Numbered from the stretch's first letter, positions 9,214 to 18,692 are shown. The stretch is DNA of 64,000 nucleotides from Parcubacteria group bacterium (GCA_943350175.1 CALQZX010000003.1:12409-76408), one strand, 5' to 3'. Notes: a model not told the origin generated them from the letters alone. A program made the numbers and translations.

Positions 9214-9995
9214 GATTTTTTAAAGAAAGAGCGGCCAGATCTTTTATAAAGAAGAGCTAAACCAAAAACAAATACTGCCAAATAAATGAAATAGTCCAAA
9301 ACTATGCCACTAAAAAACATACCTGGCAAACGAGTCGGTCCAGTTGCAAGGTGAAAAAAACTAGTAAAAATTAAAAACATACTAAATAAAAATCCTGATT
9401 GAGCAGTCTTTTTTCCACTTCGATACCACTCAAAAGTGCGATAAGTATATTCCATTCTACTGAGATAGACGTAAGCGAACAGATAATAAAAAAGCGAATA
9501 AAGTTGGGCTGGGTGAGTCTTTTCAAAAGTACCAATCGAAATCACTCCCCAAGGCATACTGGTAAAAGTACCGCCATAGCTGCCATCCAAAAAGAAGCCA
9601 GCGTAAACAAAAATCATGCCTAAACTAACCGAAGTCACATAGAAATCTAAAATTTCAAAGGCATCCCATTTATTTCTAACTGCATGACGATATAAATACC
9701 AAGCTGCAGCAGTCAAAGCGATCAGCGGTTCATTGCCAGATTTTTCAACAATATTGAAAATGCTAAAAATGTTTTGATTAAATTGGACCCAGTGAAAAAC
9801 AACAAAGAAGAGCCTGCCCATCAAGAAACCAAAGAATCCAGATAATAGAAAAGCATCAAAAATTTCAAAAGTATCATAATGTTCTTCTCTTCCCTTTCGC
9901 CAAAAAACAAAAGCAGAAAAAAAGAGAGCTAAGAAAGCCAAAAGAGTTAATGACTTGAGGCGAAAAAATGGAAATTCAAAAAGGATTGGCAGCAT
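9210..9995 (-). CDS. lgt: prolipoprotein diacylglyceryl transferase-like membrane protein
   Basis: Polytopic membrane protein; FLMGRLFFVV and FLDGSYGGTFTSMPWGV resemble the Lgt GRxGNFINGELWG...PWA signature regions. Confidence 0.5.
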   Translation of the reverse strand: MLPILFEFPFFRLKSLTLLAFLALFFSAFVFWRKGREEHYDTFEIFDAFLLSGFFGFLMGRLFFVVFHWVQFNQNIFSIFNIVEKSGNEPLIALTAAAWYLYRHAVRNKWDAFEILDFYVTSVSLGMIFVYAGFFLDGSYGGTFTSMPWGVISIGTFEKTHPAQLYSLFYYLFAYVYLSRMEYTYRTFEWYRSGKKTAQSGFLFSMFLIFTSFFHLATGPTRLPGMFFSGIVLDYFIYLAVFVFGLALLYKRSGRSFFKKS

Positions 9996-10055
9996 AATTT
10001 AATGAACCATGAAGCCCGCTGTCCCCTCCGGGGACTAGTCACGCGCTTCGTTGTC

Positions 10056-10083
10056 CAAAACAAGCGATAAAACATGTTCGCTT
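10056..10083 (-). terminator. hairpin plus T-rich tract immediately 3' of tRNA-Leu
   Basis: On the minus strand AAGCGAacatgttttaTCGCTT followed by GTTTTGG; a second GC-rich hairpin GTCCCC/GGGGAC lies at 10021-10035. Confidence 0.4.
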
Positions 10084-10090
10084 GACGGCG

Positions 10091-10174
10091 TGCCGGGAGA
10101 GGGAATCGAACCCTCATGAAGTTGCCTTCATAGGTTTTTGAGACCTACGCGTCTACCAATTCCGCCATCTCGGC
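10091..10174 (-). tRNA. tRNA-Leu (anticodon CAA), class II with long variable arm
   Basis: Reverse complement GCCGAGATGGCGGAATTGGTAGACGCGTAGGTCTCAAAAACCTATGAAGGCAACTTCATGAGGGTTCGATTCCCTCTCCCGGCA: cloverleaf with anticodon loop CTCAAAA, long variable arm and GGTTCGATTCC T-loop; no encoded CCA; one A:C mismatch in the acceptor stem. Confidence 0.8.
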
Positions 10175-10246
10175 TAAAAGATTGAACTAAAGAACTACAG
10201 GATGTTTTATATTTTACCTTATTTTTGCCACAAGTCTAATATTTGA

Positions 10247-11023
10247 TCACTTAATCAAATCGATCACAGGACCAAATGGACCATCAACTGGCAAAACCAG
10301 GTCAAACTTTTCTGCAAAATGTTCTTGATTGCTGCTGCTAAAAGCCACTTTGTAAGTTAAATCGAAATCAATTCCTATAGACATTTTAGCGTCATCCAGA
10401 CTATCACCAATGAGCAAGCATTGGCTTCTACTCGGCTTAAGATCAATTAAGTTGTTTTTTACAAGCAAATGACCAGTTTTGTTAGCGATGTGGATGATTG
10501 GTTTAACTGTGTCTATAAAATAGCCTTGCTCATCAAAAATAATCTGATTGCTAAAAACCTTAATATTGTCTGCAAAAACACCTTCTTTTTCCAAAAGATA
10601 TTCGATTGCAAGCTTTCCAAAACCGCCAGCCGAAAAAATAATTAGAGGAATTTCTTTAGCATTGATTGCTTTTACAAAATCCAATAACTGATCTCTCCAC
10701 TGCATAAGCGGCGAATCACATACTTCCAACAACATTTCTTTGGAAACTCCACATTCCTTCATTACAGCAAAACTTTTTTCCCACCACTCTTGCATTAGAT
10801 CAATCTTCTCTTCCTCACCAATATGTGGATCGATCTCGATTGGATAATAGTGATTAAAAAGCTGATGGCTAGCATCTAGACCGTCTTTGCCTAAGTATTT
10901 TTCATCCATCAGAATTGTCATTAAAGCTGAAGTTTTTTTGCCCATCACCTCTTTCTTGGTGAAAGTGCCATCAAAATCGGCAATGATTATAGTGTTGGCT
11001 GGATCAAGTAAATCTAATTTCAT
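10247..11023 (-). CDS. HAD-superfamily hydrolase resembling pyrimidine 5'-nucleotidase (cN-III / UMPH-1 family)
   Basis: Motif I IIIADFDGTFT; PLIIFSAGGFGKLAIEYLLEKEGV...NIKVFSN and LLIGDSLDD align with the FSAGIGDVLEEVI...VVSNFM...LLGDSQGD blocks of cytosolic 5'-nucleotidase III. Confidence 0.55.
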   Translation of the reverse strand: MKLDLLDPANTIIIADFDGTFTKKEVMGKKTSALMTILMDEKYLGKDGLDASHQLFNHYYPIEIDPHIGEEEKIDLMQEWWEKSFAVMKECGVSKEMLLEVCDSPLMQWRDQLLDFVKAINAKEIPLIIFSAGGFGKLAIEYLLEKEGVFADNIKVFSNQIIFDEQGYFIDTVKPIIHIANKTGHLLVKNNLIDLKPSRSQCLLIGDSLDDAKMSIGIDFDLTYKVAFSSSNQEHFAEKFDLVLPVDGPFGPVIDLIK

Positions 11024-11086
11024 GAAGCGTATAGTTTAGCATATCGTCCTCTTGCCTCCAACGTTAAAATCAGTCATATTTAAGTC

Positions 11087-11320
11087 ATGGATGCTATTAG
11101 AAATTTAGTTAGTCAAGCTTTTGCCGTAGACAGCATCTGGTCTATCGTCGTTCGTGGGGTGATTTGGATGGTGATCGCCATGATTATTATTGTTAGTGTA
11201 GATAATCCAAATTCAGATTTATCTAGCAAAAAACTCAAAGCCAATTTGGGCTTTTTTACAATGTTTTTACTGTTGTCTGGTGGATTAATTTATCTCTTGT
11301 TCGGCGTCGGAGCAAAATAG
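11087..11320 (+). CDS. small membrane protein (2 TM), hypothetical
   Basis: 77-aa ORF with two hydrophobic helices; no other support. Confidence 0.3.
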   Translation: MDAIRNLVSQAFAVDSIWSIVVRGVIWMVIAMIIIVSVDNPNSDLSSKKLKANLGFFTMFLLLSGGLIYLLFGVGAK

Positions 11321-11339
11321 AAACACAATTTTCTAATAT

Positions 11340-11439
11340 AAAACAAAAACAGTAAGGAAAGTCATTTTTGAGGCATTCGATCACCTGAGCGAACGTCTTC
11401 GCTCAAGAGATCGTGGCGAAAAAATGAATTTCCTTACTG
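11340..11439 (-). terminator. compound intrinsic terminator downstream of dnaB
   Basis: 11-bp perfect inverted repeat CAGTAAGGAAA (11350-11360) / TTTCCTTACTG (11429-11439) enclosing an inner hairpin GAGCGAAcgtcTTCGCTC; on the minus strand followed by GTTTTTGTTTTAT. The 5' arm overlaps the dnaB stop codon. Confidence 0.45.
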
Positions 11440-12741
11440 TTTCCTATTCTCCATCCCAAAGAATTTAACTCTGTCGCCTCTAAAGTAGAGTTCGATATCG
11501 CCAAGACCACCATTACGATGCTTGGCAATTTTAAGAGTTACAGATTCACGTAGATCATCATCTTTACGATACAAGAACATCACGACGTCAGCATCCTGCT
11601 CGATAGAACCAGATTCACGAAGGTCAGAAAGCTGAGGAGCTTTTTCACCACGTTGTTCCACGGCACGAGACAGCTGAGCTAGAGCCAAAACTGGAATTTT
11701 TAATTCACGAGCAATATTTTTGAGACCCTGAGAAATTTCACCCACTTCTTGAACACGATTTTCGCGATTTTGACCATGAGCCAACTGCAAATAGTCAACA
11801 ATTAAGAGATCAATCTCTTGCTCCATCATCAAACGACGAGCCTTGGTACGCATTTCGTAAATACTAAGACCTGGAGTATCGTCAATAAAAAGTTTGGTTT
11901 CTGCCAAAACGCCCATAGCATCAGAAATCTTGAGGAAATCTTCTTGGGATAAGCGACCAGTTTTAAGTTTCCAGGCATCAATATCAGCCTGACCAACCAA
12001 CAAACGATCAACTAGCTCTTCTCTACTCATTTCCAAAGAGAAAAAGCCAATCTTTTTCTTGGCCACGATGGTTGCATATTGAGCAATGTTAACCGCGAAA
12101 GCAGTTTTACCAGTACCAGGGCGAGCTGCCAAAATAATTAAGTTGGATTTTTGCAGTCCTGCAGTCATACGGTCTAAGTCAGCAAAACCAGTTGGCAAGC
12201 CACGCAGTTCTCCACCACTCTTCTGTAATTCATCCAAACGATCGAAACTTTCAACTAGAGTTTGTTTGATTGGAGTAAAATCACGACGAGCATGAGTTTG
12301 CGAAATGGCCATCACCTTTTGTTCAGCTGTATCAAGAATTTCGTTGACTTCTTTGCTTTCATCAAAAGCCAAATTACCCATTTCATTGGAAAGAGCAATT
12401 AATTCTCTTTTGACGTATTTTTCTTTGACCATGGAAGCATAATTTTCCACGTTGGCTGCGGTTGACAACAGATTGGACAGCTGACTGATTCCGGAAACTC
12501 CACCTGCTGTTCGAATATTTTTATCTTTAGTTAATTGATCTTTGAGGGTAATAACATCGATGGCCATGCGCTTGTCATAAAGCTCAAGCATGGCAGAAAA
12601 AATTACTTGATTGGCCTTGCTATAGAAAGACTCTGGCTTAAGCAGCTCAGAGACCGTAATCATGGCGTCTTTATCAATTAAAATAGCAGCCAAGACTGAG
12701 TTTTCTGCATCAAGATCATGTGGCGGAACTTTTGGATCCAT
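11434..12741 (-). CDS. dnaB: replicative DNA helicase
   Basis: N-terminal PPHDLDAENSVLAAILID; Walker A GTGKTAF; RecA-like C-terminal domain; 435 aa. Confidence 0.9.
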   Translation of the reverse strand: MDPKVPPHDLDAENSVLAAILIDKDAMITVSELLKPESFYSKANQVIFSAMLELYDKRMAIDVITLKDQLTKDKNIRTAGGVSGISQLSNLLSTAANVENYASMVKEKYVKRELIALSNEMGNLAFDESKEVNEILDTAEQKVMAISQTHARRDFTPIKQTLVESFDRLDELQKSGGELRGLPTGFADLDRMTAGLQKSNLIILAARPGTGKTAFAVNIAQYATIVAKKKIGFFSLEMSREELVDRLLVGQADIDAWKLKTGRLSQEDFLKISDAMGVLAETKLFIDDTPGLSIYEMRTKARRLMMEQEIDLLIVDYLQLAHGQNRENRVQEVGEISQGLKNIARELKIPVLALAQLSRAVEQRGEKAPQLSDLRESGSIEQDADVVMFLYRKDDDLRESVTLKIAKHRNGGLGDIELYFRGDRVKFFGMENRKQ

Positions 12742-12773
12742 ATCTTTTTTCTTTAATTACGAATTCAATTAAT

Positions 12774-13430
12774 TTAACTGCGACGCAAGACCACTAACTG
12801 CATTTCTTCTGGCAAACGATCTTTTTCAACAATCAATTTGTCTTCTGGCTCTGGCGACATGCCGAAACTTTGCAAAAATTGCTCGAGTGGCTTGACTTTG
12901 GTATCGTTTGGATAAGAACTATCACTATAGTGCATAGGAATCAAAATGCTTGGACTGATGGCATTGGCAACTTTGATCGCCTCATCATTCATCAATGAGA
13001 ATGGACCGCCAACCGGTAGAAATAAAACGTCAATCATGCCAATAGCGTCCAATTGTTTCTCATCCAACTGGTGAGCCAGATCTCCCAAGTGACAAATGGA
13101 AATGCCATCAATGAGAAATTTAAAAACAATATTAGGACCTTTTTCCGCACCATTTACTTGATCATGAAAAGTCTTGGTGCCAAAAACTGAAATGCCACCC
13201 ACTTCATACTCTCCTCCGAAATCAACAATAAATGGATTTTCTCTTTTACTAGTGCCCTTCACTTTATCTTTGGCGTTATGATCATCATGATCGTGCGAGA
13301 TAGTAACAATTTCTGCATTTAAACGAGATAAAGGTATGCCGACTGTTTTGTCATCAAATGGATCAGTAACAACACTGCCCATCTCTCCTTTAAGTTTAAA
13401 ACAAGAATGTCCATGATAGGTAATTTGCAT
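12774..13430 (-). CDS. metallo-beta-lactamase-fold hydrolase (UPF0173 family)
   Basis: MQITYHGHSCFKLKGE... and HDHDDH metal-binding pattern; 218 aa. Confidence 0.7.
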   Translation of the reverse strand: MQITYHGHSCFKLKGEMGSVVTDPFDDKTVGIPLSRLNAEIVTISHDHDDHNAKDKVKGTSKRENPFIVDFGGEYEVGGISVFGTKTFHDQVNGAEKGPNIVFKFLIDGISICHLGDLAHQLDEKQLDAIGMIDVLFLPVGGPFSLMNDEAIKVANAISPSILIPMHYSDSSYPNDTKVKPLEQFLQSFGMSPEPEDKLIVEKDRLPEEMQLVVLRRS

Positions 13431-13507
13431 AATAGGACCCTAGTTTATCATGAAAACTTTACTTTTGTGTATAATTGACATAGGATACACTCTCCTAATC
13501 AAAAATT

Positions 13508-13933
13508 ATGCGAAAAGAAATTCTTTTAGCTGTTTTCGTTGGCATCACCCTTGGTTTAATGATTACCTTCGGGATATATCAAAATTCTGAAAATGCCAAA
13601 AGCGGTCAAGATAGCAACACAGATCAGTTGATTAATAACCCCATCAGTACTCAGTCTGCGGTTGTTCAAGACCCTCAACTAGTCATCAATAGTCCGGATG
13701 AAGATCTCCTCAGCAATGAAGAAGAATTGATTGTTTCTGGCAGCGGCATTCCAGACAGTTTTGTAGTAATTTTTGTCAATGATATTGAGAGCATTAGCAA
13801 CACAGATCAATCTGGAAATTTTTCAATCAAAGTCAAACTAATTAAAGGTGGAAATTTAATTGAAATCAACAGTATTGATGAAGATGGTAAACAGATTAGC
13901 AAACAAAGAACAGTGATCTATGAACCTAAATAA
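13508..13933 (+). CDS. membrane-anchored extracellular protein with Ig-like beta domain
   Basis: N-terminal TM anchor (ILLAVFVGITLGLMITFGIY) then beta-rich segment LIVSGSGIPDSFVVIFVND...GNFSIKVKL. Confidence 0.4.
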   Translation: MRKEILLAVFVGITLGLMITFGIYQNSENAKSGQDSNTDQLINNPISTQSAVVQDPQLVINSPDEDLLSNEEELIVSGSGIPDSFVVIFVNDIESISNTDQSGNFSIKVKLIKGGNLIEINSIDEDGKQISKQRTVIYEPK

Positions 13934-14636
13934 TAAAAAAATGAATCGCCGCAATTTATTCCTAGTCCTTGCGTTCATCCTTTTCCTAGTCCCAGCCAAG
14001 CTGGTTTTTGCAGAAAATAACGCCACCAGCAGCTCCGCCAGTGCCGATCAAAAAACAGAAGAAAATGAGAATAGCACCATCAATAACATCAAAAAAGTTA
14101 TTCAAGAAAAAAAAGTTGAATTGGGCAGCGCCGGAGCTAATTTGCGCAGTGAAAGAGCCTATCTTGCTAAAGTCTTGAGGGTGAGTGAGGAAACTTTAAC
14201 TGTAACCAACTACTCTGGTAATAAAATAATTCCTCTAGTAGAGAGTATTTCTGTCCAAAAAAATGACAAGGACGCAAAAATCTCTGAAATTGCTGTTGGT
14301 AGTTTTGTTGGTGTTCACGGCGAAATGATTAACGATAACTTAAAAATCAAAAAAATCAGCATCTACGAAAAAGACTTTAGCCCTAAAGATAAAATCATTA
14401 CCCTCGGTTCAATTTCTATGATCGGCAAAAACGATCTAAAAATTACTCCCCGCTCTGGAGAAAAAGAGCTGGCTTTTAGCTTTGACAAAAAAACCAATTT
14501 CCAAAACTATCAAGGTGAAGATGCTGAATTAATTGAATTTTATGAAGACCTACAGTGTCTAGTGGTTGCTTTTGCAGATAAAAATGGCAACTACGTGGTG
14601 AGCACGATTAGAGCTTTGAGTACTTTTGAAAAATAG
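13920..14636 (+). CDS. secreted protein with cleavable signal peptide, hypothetical
   Basis: Signal peptide MNRRNLFLVLAFILFLVPAKLVFA; overlaps the upstream gene by 14 nt, so likely an operon. Confidence 0.4.
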   Translation: MNLNNKKMNRRNLFLVLAFILFLVPAKLVFAENNATSSSASADQKTEENENSTINNIKKVIQEKKVELGSAGANLRSERAYLAKVLRVSEETLTVTNYSGNKIIPLVESISVQKNDKDAKISEIAVGSFVGVHGEMINDNLKIKKISIYEKDFSPKDKIITLGSISMIGKNDLKITPRSGEKELAFSFDKKTNFQNYQGEDAELIEFYEDLQCLVVAFADKNGNYVVSTIRALSTFEK

Positions 14637-14645
14637 ACTAAACTT

Positions 14646-15734
14646 ATGGTAATGAACATCATTGACCAAAGAATCAAAAAACTACAAAATTCTCTCACCG
14701 ATCAACAAAGCATCCTCCTTTCAAGGAATAGCGACATTTTATATTTTTCGTCTTTCATTAGTACTGTGCCAGAAGAAAGAAGTGCTTTTTGCCTGGTTAG
14801 CAAAAATTCCTCTCACCTATTGTTGCAAAATTTTTTGCCAAAACCAGAAAATTTTCCTGGAGAAATTTTAACCGGCGCGTCATTGAGTAAGTTATCGGAT
14901 CACCTTACCAGTTTGAAAAACAAACTAAATATAGATGAGATTTTCTTGGATTTTGAGAACCTCAATGTAGAAGAATTTAGAGTGATTAGCAAAATAGATG
15001 GACTCAAAGTCAATGTTTTAGATAAGAAAATAATTTGGAAAATCAGAAGTCAAAAGGATCAAAGCGAGATTAATAAAATTAAAACCGCCATCAAAATCAC
15101 AGAACAAGCCGTCGAAGAAACAATCCAAGAATTAAAAGTTGGTTTGACTGAAATAGAAGTCAAAAAAATTCTAGAAAATAAAATTCGCCAGCATACCTTC
15201 TGCGATCTGGCTTTCCCCAGCATCATTGCCTTTGCTGAAAATTCCGTTCTTCCCCATCACCAATCTGGCTCCAAGAAGCTCACTAGAAACTGCGTTGTTT
15301 TGATTGACAGTGGCGCTAAATATCAAGAATACTGCGCCGATATGACTAGAACTTTGTTTTTTAAGGAAGAAAAAGCTGACAAAAATAAAGGTAGCGAAGA
15401 AAAAAGCGAGCTTGAGTTGGAGTTTGAAAAAATCTTGAAAATCGTCAAAACAGCCTATGAAAAAGCTGAGATATTACTCTCTTCCAAAGAAGTGAGAGCC
15501 GCTGATCTAGATCTCGCTTGTCGCAATTACATTACAAAAAAAGGCTATGCAAAAGACTTCATTCACACCACCGGGCACGGCCTAGGCATTGATATTCACG
15601 AACCGCCCTCAGTATATAGAACTAATGATACCAAGTTAATTCCTGGCATGGTTCTGACCATTGAACCAGGCATTTATCTTGAGGGAAAATTTGGCGTGAG
15701 GTGGGAAAATACGGTTTTTTACACCGGTGTTTGA
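14646..15734 (+). CDS. M24-family metallopeptidase (Xaa-Pro aminopeptidase / prolidase-like)
   Basis: Pita-bread fold signature HTTGHGLGIDIHEPP and LTIEPGIY; 362 aa. Confidence 0.7.
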   Translation: MVMNIIDQRIKKLQNSLTDQQSILLSRNSDILYFSSFISTVPEERSAFCLVSKNSSHLLLQNFLPKPENFPGEILTGASLSKLSDHLTSLKNKLNIDEIFLDFENLNVEEFRVISKIDGLKVNVLDKKIIWKIRSQKDQSEINKIKTAIKITEQAVEETIQELKVGLTEIEVKKILENKIRQHTFCDLAFPSIIAFAENSVLPHHQSGSKKLTRNCVVLIDSGAKYQEYCADMTRTLFFKEEKADKNKGSEEKSELELEFEKILKIVKTAYEKAEILLSSKEVRAADLDLACRNYITKKGYAKDFIHTTGHGLGIDIHEPPSVYRTNDTKLIPGMVLTIEPGIYLEGKFGVRWENTVFYTGV

Positions 15735-17647
15735 ACTTTACTAAAATATCCTGTTGCTATCAACTCAGTTAATTTATCTCGATGATACATAATTGCTGTT
15801 GCTCGACCCATCATGTCTGACCAAATTTCTGCAATAGCTTCTTTGGTTAAATAGTGTCCAGCTTCAGGGTGCTCTCGATATAATTTTTCCATTTGTTGGT
15901 CGATTGTATCAGTCATTGCCATTGCCCCAACCCTCATATCTTTATGATTGAGAACCGTGTCTTTGCCGCCAGCGATAATTTTTAGATTTGAAATCAGACC
16001 AGCAAAATTCGCTCCAACCATTTTTACCACTTCTTTAACATTGAATAATTTTATGGTTGGATCGCCAACAACTACATTTGCTTCTTGTAAAACCTGATCA
16101 TCCATTAACACCCCACCCACCTCTCTGTGCAAACCAACAAAATGTGTCGCTTTTACTAAAAACCTGCCAAAAGCATTTTTAGCAACAAAATCATTCAGAG
16201 ATGAGTCGACAATTTTAAGTTTGTTTCCAATCCCAAAAGTTGCCTGACCAGCCTCTTTATTTATTTTATTAACCTGTAATAGCAATCTCAGACCAGCAGC
16301 TCTTAGTGGGTCAATCAGAAAAGCATGAACATGATTAGAATTTCTAAAAATTCCCTTAGCTTCTTTGCCTCGCATCAACGGTGTCTCTGCTTCCCAGATA
16401 GCATTGGGGAATTTATTTTGTAAAATATTAATTAAGTATCTTCTGATATTGTCGCCGTCTCTTTCATTTGGCAATGGATAATTCTGAAGATTGTTCATTT
16501 TTACTGCAGCGATATCTTTTAAAAACTCTCCTTTTCCTTCAACACTCAGACCAGATTTTTCACCCTGAAATCCAGCTATTACCCTAGGCCATTCATCATG
16601 CAAAAATTGTGCATCCGCCAAAATTTGCTCACCAAAAGGCATTTGTTTTAATCTTGAAGTTAGGATTTCCATGCCTTTTTCAGCTACAGTTCTTTGATCA
16701 CTCGCTGTTTTTCCCAATTGATCAGCATATTTCAGCATCCCATCGGTAAATCTGCCCACAGCATTTCCCAAATAGGCTCTGATAACTTCCCAACCACCCA
16801 TCGAGTGGCCATCTACTCCAGCTACCCTATTGCTCATCCAAGTGCCACTTAGTAGCTCTGCTAAATTAATTAATTCTTTGGTGTAATTTTTATTCCCAAA
16901 AATTTCATTCCTCTTCTCTACTGTTTGTTCGAGTTTTTTGATTCCCTTCAAACTTTGGTAATAAAGAAGCAAATCTTGGGTGATTTTATTATCAAGATGC
17001 AGCAGTGCCTCGGCTAATTGAGCGTAAGTCGCATCCATGTCGTATTTTGGTTTATCTTCGCGCGTATTCTGTTCGGTTTTATTTAAATGTGTCCCACCAC
17101 TTCCTTTGGTCATTAACATGACCACCATTTCTTTTTGACTAAGTTGCAAGCTTTGATTCTGCTCGCCAGTCATCTCGCCTTTTGCTAAGGCATCAATGAT
17201 CGGCTGTTCTGCTGGGATTCCCGCTCCATAGCCATGATCTTTGTAATAAATCGCCTCTACTCCAGACATCAACTCAGTCCACTTCTCCCTACGTTCTCTT
17301 TGTGAAAGTCCAATCCATTCACTTACTCCACCTTCAGGTTTAATACCTTGTTTCGCTATGGTCCAACCAATTTCTCTGGTAATTTCTGAGGGAATTAAAA
17401 CTAATTCATAAATCATGCCTGTTTTTTGATCCACCATGATTTCCAATGACTCTGCCTTATTGAACTCAATTCTGCCAGAATTCTTTCTTAATTCAATCAG
17501 CTCGCTTAAGCGTTCATAAAAGCTATTAACCACGTTAACCGCAATGGTGAATTCACTTGGGTCTGGACCATTTTCTAAAACATCAAAAGAATGAACTTTC
17601 ATTCTCGATTCTTCGCTTAAACCTCTCATTTCTTCAAGTCTAGTCAT
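15719..17647 (-). CDS. large conserved hypothetical protein (642 aa)
   Basis: Uninterrupted 642-codon ORF; contains GHSMGG (lipase-like GxSxG) but no other family signature I can assign. Confidence 0.5.
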   Translation of the reverse strand: MTRLEEMRGLSEESRMKVHSFDVLENGPDPSEFTIAVNVVNSFYERLSELIELRKNSGRIEFNKAESLEIMVDQKTGMIYELVLIPSEITREIGWTIAKQGIKPEGGVSEWIGLSQRERREKWTELMSGVEAIYYKDHGYGAGIPAEQPIIDALAKGEMTGEQNQSLQLSQKEMVVMLMTKGSGGTHLNKTEQNTREDKPKYDMDATYAQLAEALLHLDNKITQDLLLYYQSLKGIKKLEQTVEKRNEIFGNKNYTKELINLAELLSGTWMSNRVAGVDGHSMGGWEVIRAYLGNAVGRFTDGMLKYADQLGKTASDQRTVAEKGMEILTSRLKQMPFGEQILADAQFLHDEWPRVIAGFQGEKSGLSVEGKGEFLKDIAAVKMNNLQNYPLPNERDGDNIRRYLINILQNKFPNAIWEAETPLMRGKEAKGIFRNSNHVHAFLIDPLRAAGLRLLLQVNKINKEAGQATFGIGNKLKIVDSSLNDFVAKNAFGRFLVKATHFVGLHREVGGVLMDDQVLQEANVVVGDPTIKLFNVKEVVKMVGANFAGLISNLKIIAGGKDTVLNHKDMRVGAMAMTDTIDQQMEKLYREHPEAGHYLTKEAIAEIWSDMMGRATAIMYHRDKLTELIATGYFSKVQTPV

Positions 17648-17684
17648 AGTATTTATTTCTCAATAAAACTAATCCTTAAAAATG

Positions 17685-17757
17685 TGGACCGGAGGGGAAT
17701 CGAACCCCTGATCTCTGCAATGCGAATGCAGCGCTCTACCAATTGAGCCACCGGCCC
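17685..17757 (-). tRNA. tRNA-Ala (anticodon CGC)
   Basis: Reverse complement GGGCCGGTGGCTCAATTGGTAGAGCGCTGCATTCGCATTGCAGAGATCAGGGGTTCGATTCCCCTCCGGTCCA: canonical 73-nt cloverleaf, anticodon loop TTCGCAT, G3:U70 alanine identity pair, no encoded CCA. Confidence 0.85.
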
Positions 17758-17837
17758 TTTCTTTTCTTCTGCTACCCGCACCAAATATTACTAAAAAATA
17801 GCTAAAGTAGTATAACATTGTATAATTAGAGTCAACC

Positions 17838-18533
17838 ATGATCGTAGAACATACAGCAACCCAAGCAAAGGAAGTTGGTCAAAAAACTGAGCTGGAGTTA
17901 ATAGTCGAAGAAATCCTCATCAGCCCCAAAAACAGATTAATTCAAACTTCCAGAGAAAACATTGAGAAAATTATTGAGCAAACCATGGCTAGAATTAGCT
18001 CACAAAAAGAAAAGATACCTTCTTATCAAAAAACTTTAAATTATCTAAGAAAAATCACCTCGCACCTACTCGGCTTGAAAGTTAAAGAGCCACAAAAAAT
18101 CCCAACTGCCGTGACCATTGATTGCGCCTACCTTGCATCAGATAAAGAGGATCCAAACAATATAAGAATTAGAGTTCTCATTGAAATTTTTACAAAATTC
18201 TCTGAATATCAAAACGTCCTAAAGGAAATTGTCCCAAATGAAGTTGATAGCGCTCTTGAATTGGTAGTAAAAAAATCTTTAGAAAATTTAAAGTTAAAAA
18301 ATGGAACGTCATCACAAATACTATTTGTTAAAAATTTAGATTTGCTTCATAAAAATAGCCAAGCACTAATAGTTGAGCTACTTTTCAAAGATTTGTCCTA
18401 CCAATCCTCTGCTCTTACAATTAACATTCTTCATACAGAACCCATTGCAACTTATGTTTATGATATGAGAAATCTAAAGAAAATTGGCTTTGGAGAAGAA
18501 GAAATAGAAACTTTTGAAAGAAAAACCGTTTAA
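17838..18533 (+). CDS. hypothetical protein (231 aa)
   Basis: ORF only; no recognisable motif. Confidence 0.4.
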   Translation: MIVEHTATQAKEVGQKTELELIVEEILISPKNRLIQTSRENIEKIIEQTMARISSQKEKIPSYQKTLNYLRKITSHLLGLKVKEPQKIPTAVTIDCAYLASDKEDPNNIRIRVLIEIFTKFSEYQNVLKEIVPNEVDSALELVVKKSLENLKLKNGTSSQILFVKNLDLLHKNSQALIVELLFKDLSYQSSALTINILHTEPIATYVYDMRNLKKIGFGEEEIETFERKTV

Positions 18534-18547
18534 ATTGTTAGATAAAT

Positions 18548-18576
18548 TTGACCAAAAAGCCTTCATACCCTATAAT
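18548..18576 (+). promoter_or_regulatory. near-consensus sigma70 promoter (TTGACC, 17-nt spacer, TATAAT)
   Basis: TTGACC 18548-18553, spacer 18554-18570, TATAAT 18571-18576. Confidence 0.45.
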
Positions 18577-18582
18577 AAACAG

Positions 18583-18692
18583 CAATGCAAAAAGAAAGTG
18601 CAAAAGTTTCAGCTTTTCATCACAACACCTCTGTCTAAGATTGGGGTGATTTTTGCATATTAAAAGAGATCCCCCACGAGGGGATTTTTTAA
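18583..18692 (+). ncRNA. candidate small transcript or hisS leader: ~110 nt between promoter and intrinsic terminator, with a 17-codon mini-ORF (MQKESAKVSAFHHNTSV)
   Basis: Bounded by the promoter above and the terminator GATCCCCcacgaGGGGATtttttt; mini-ORF ATG at 18585 contains two His codons; hisS starts 30 nt after the terminator. Confidence 0.25.
18669..18692 (+). terminator. intrinsic terminator/attenuator hairpin upstream of hisS
   Basis: aGATCCCC-cacga-GGGGATtttttt. Confidence 0.5.

Noticed and set aside
10000-17837. Genomic island or prophage at tRNA-Leu (10091-10174) or tRNA-Ala (17685-17757)
   Set aside because: No integrase, recombinase, phage structural gene or direct repeat of a tRNA 3' end seen on either side; flanking genes are housekeeping or simple unknowns.
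18583-18692. SRP (4.5S) RNA or T-box leader upstream of hisS
   Set aside because: The size fits SRP RNA, but the conserved domain-IV motif (GGAAG...AGCAGCC) is absent, and no T-box consensus (AATTAGGGTGGNACCGCG) is present. Kept only as a generic candidate leader/sRNA.
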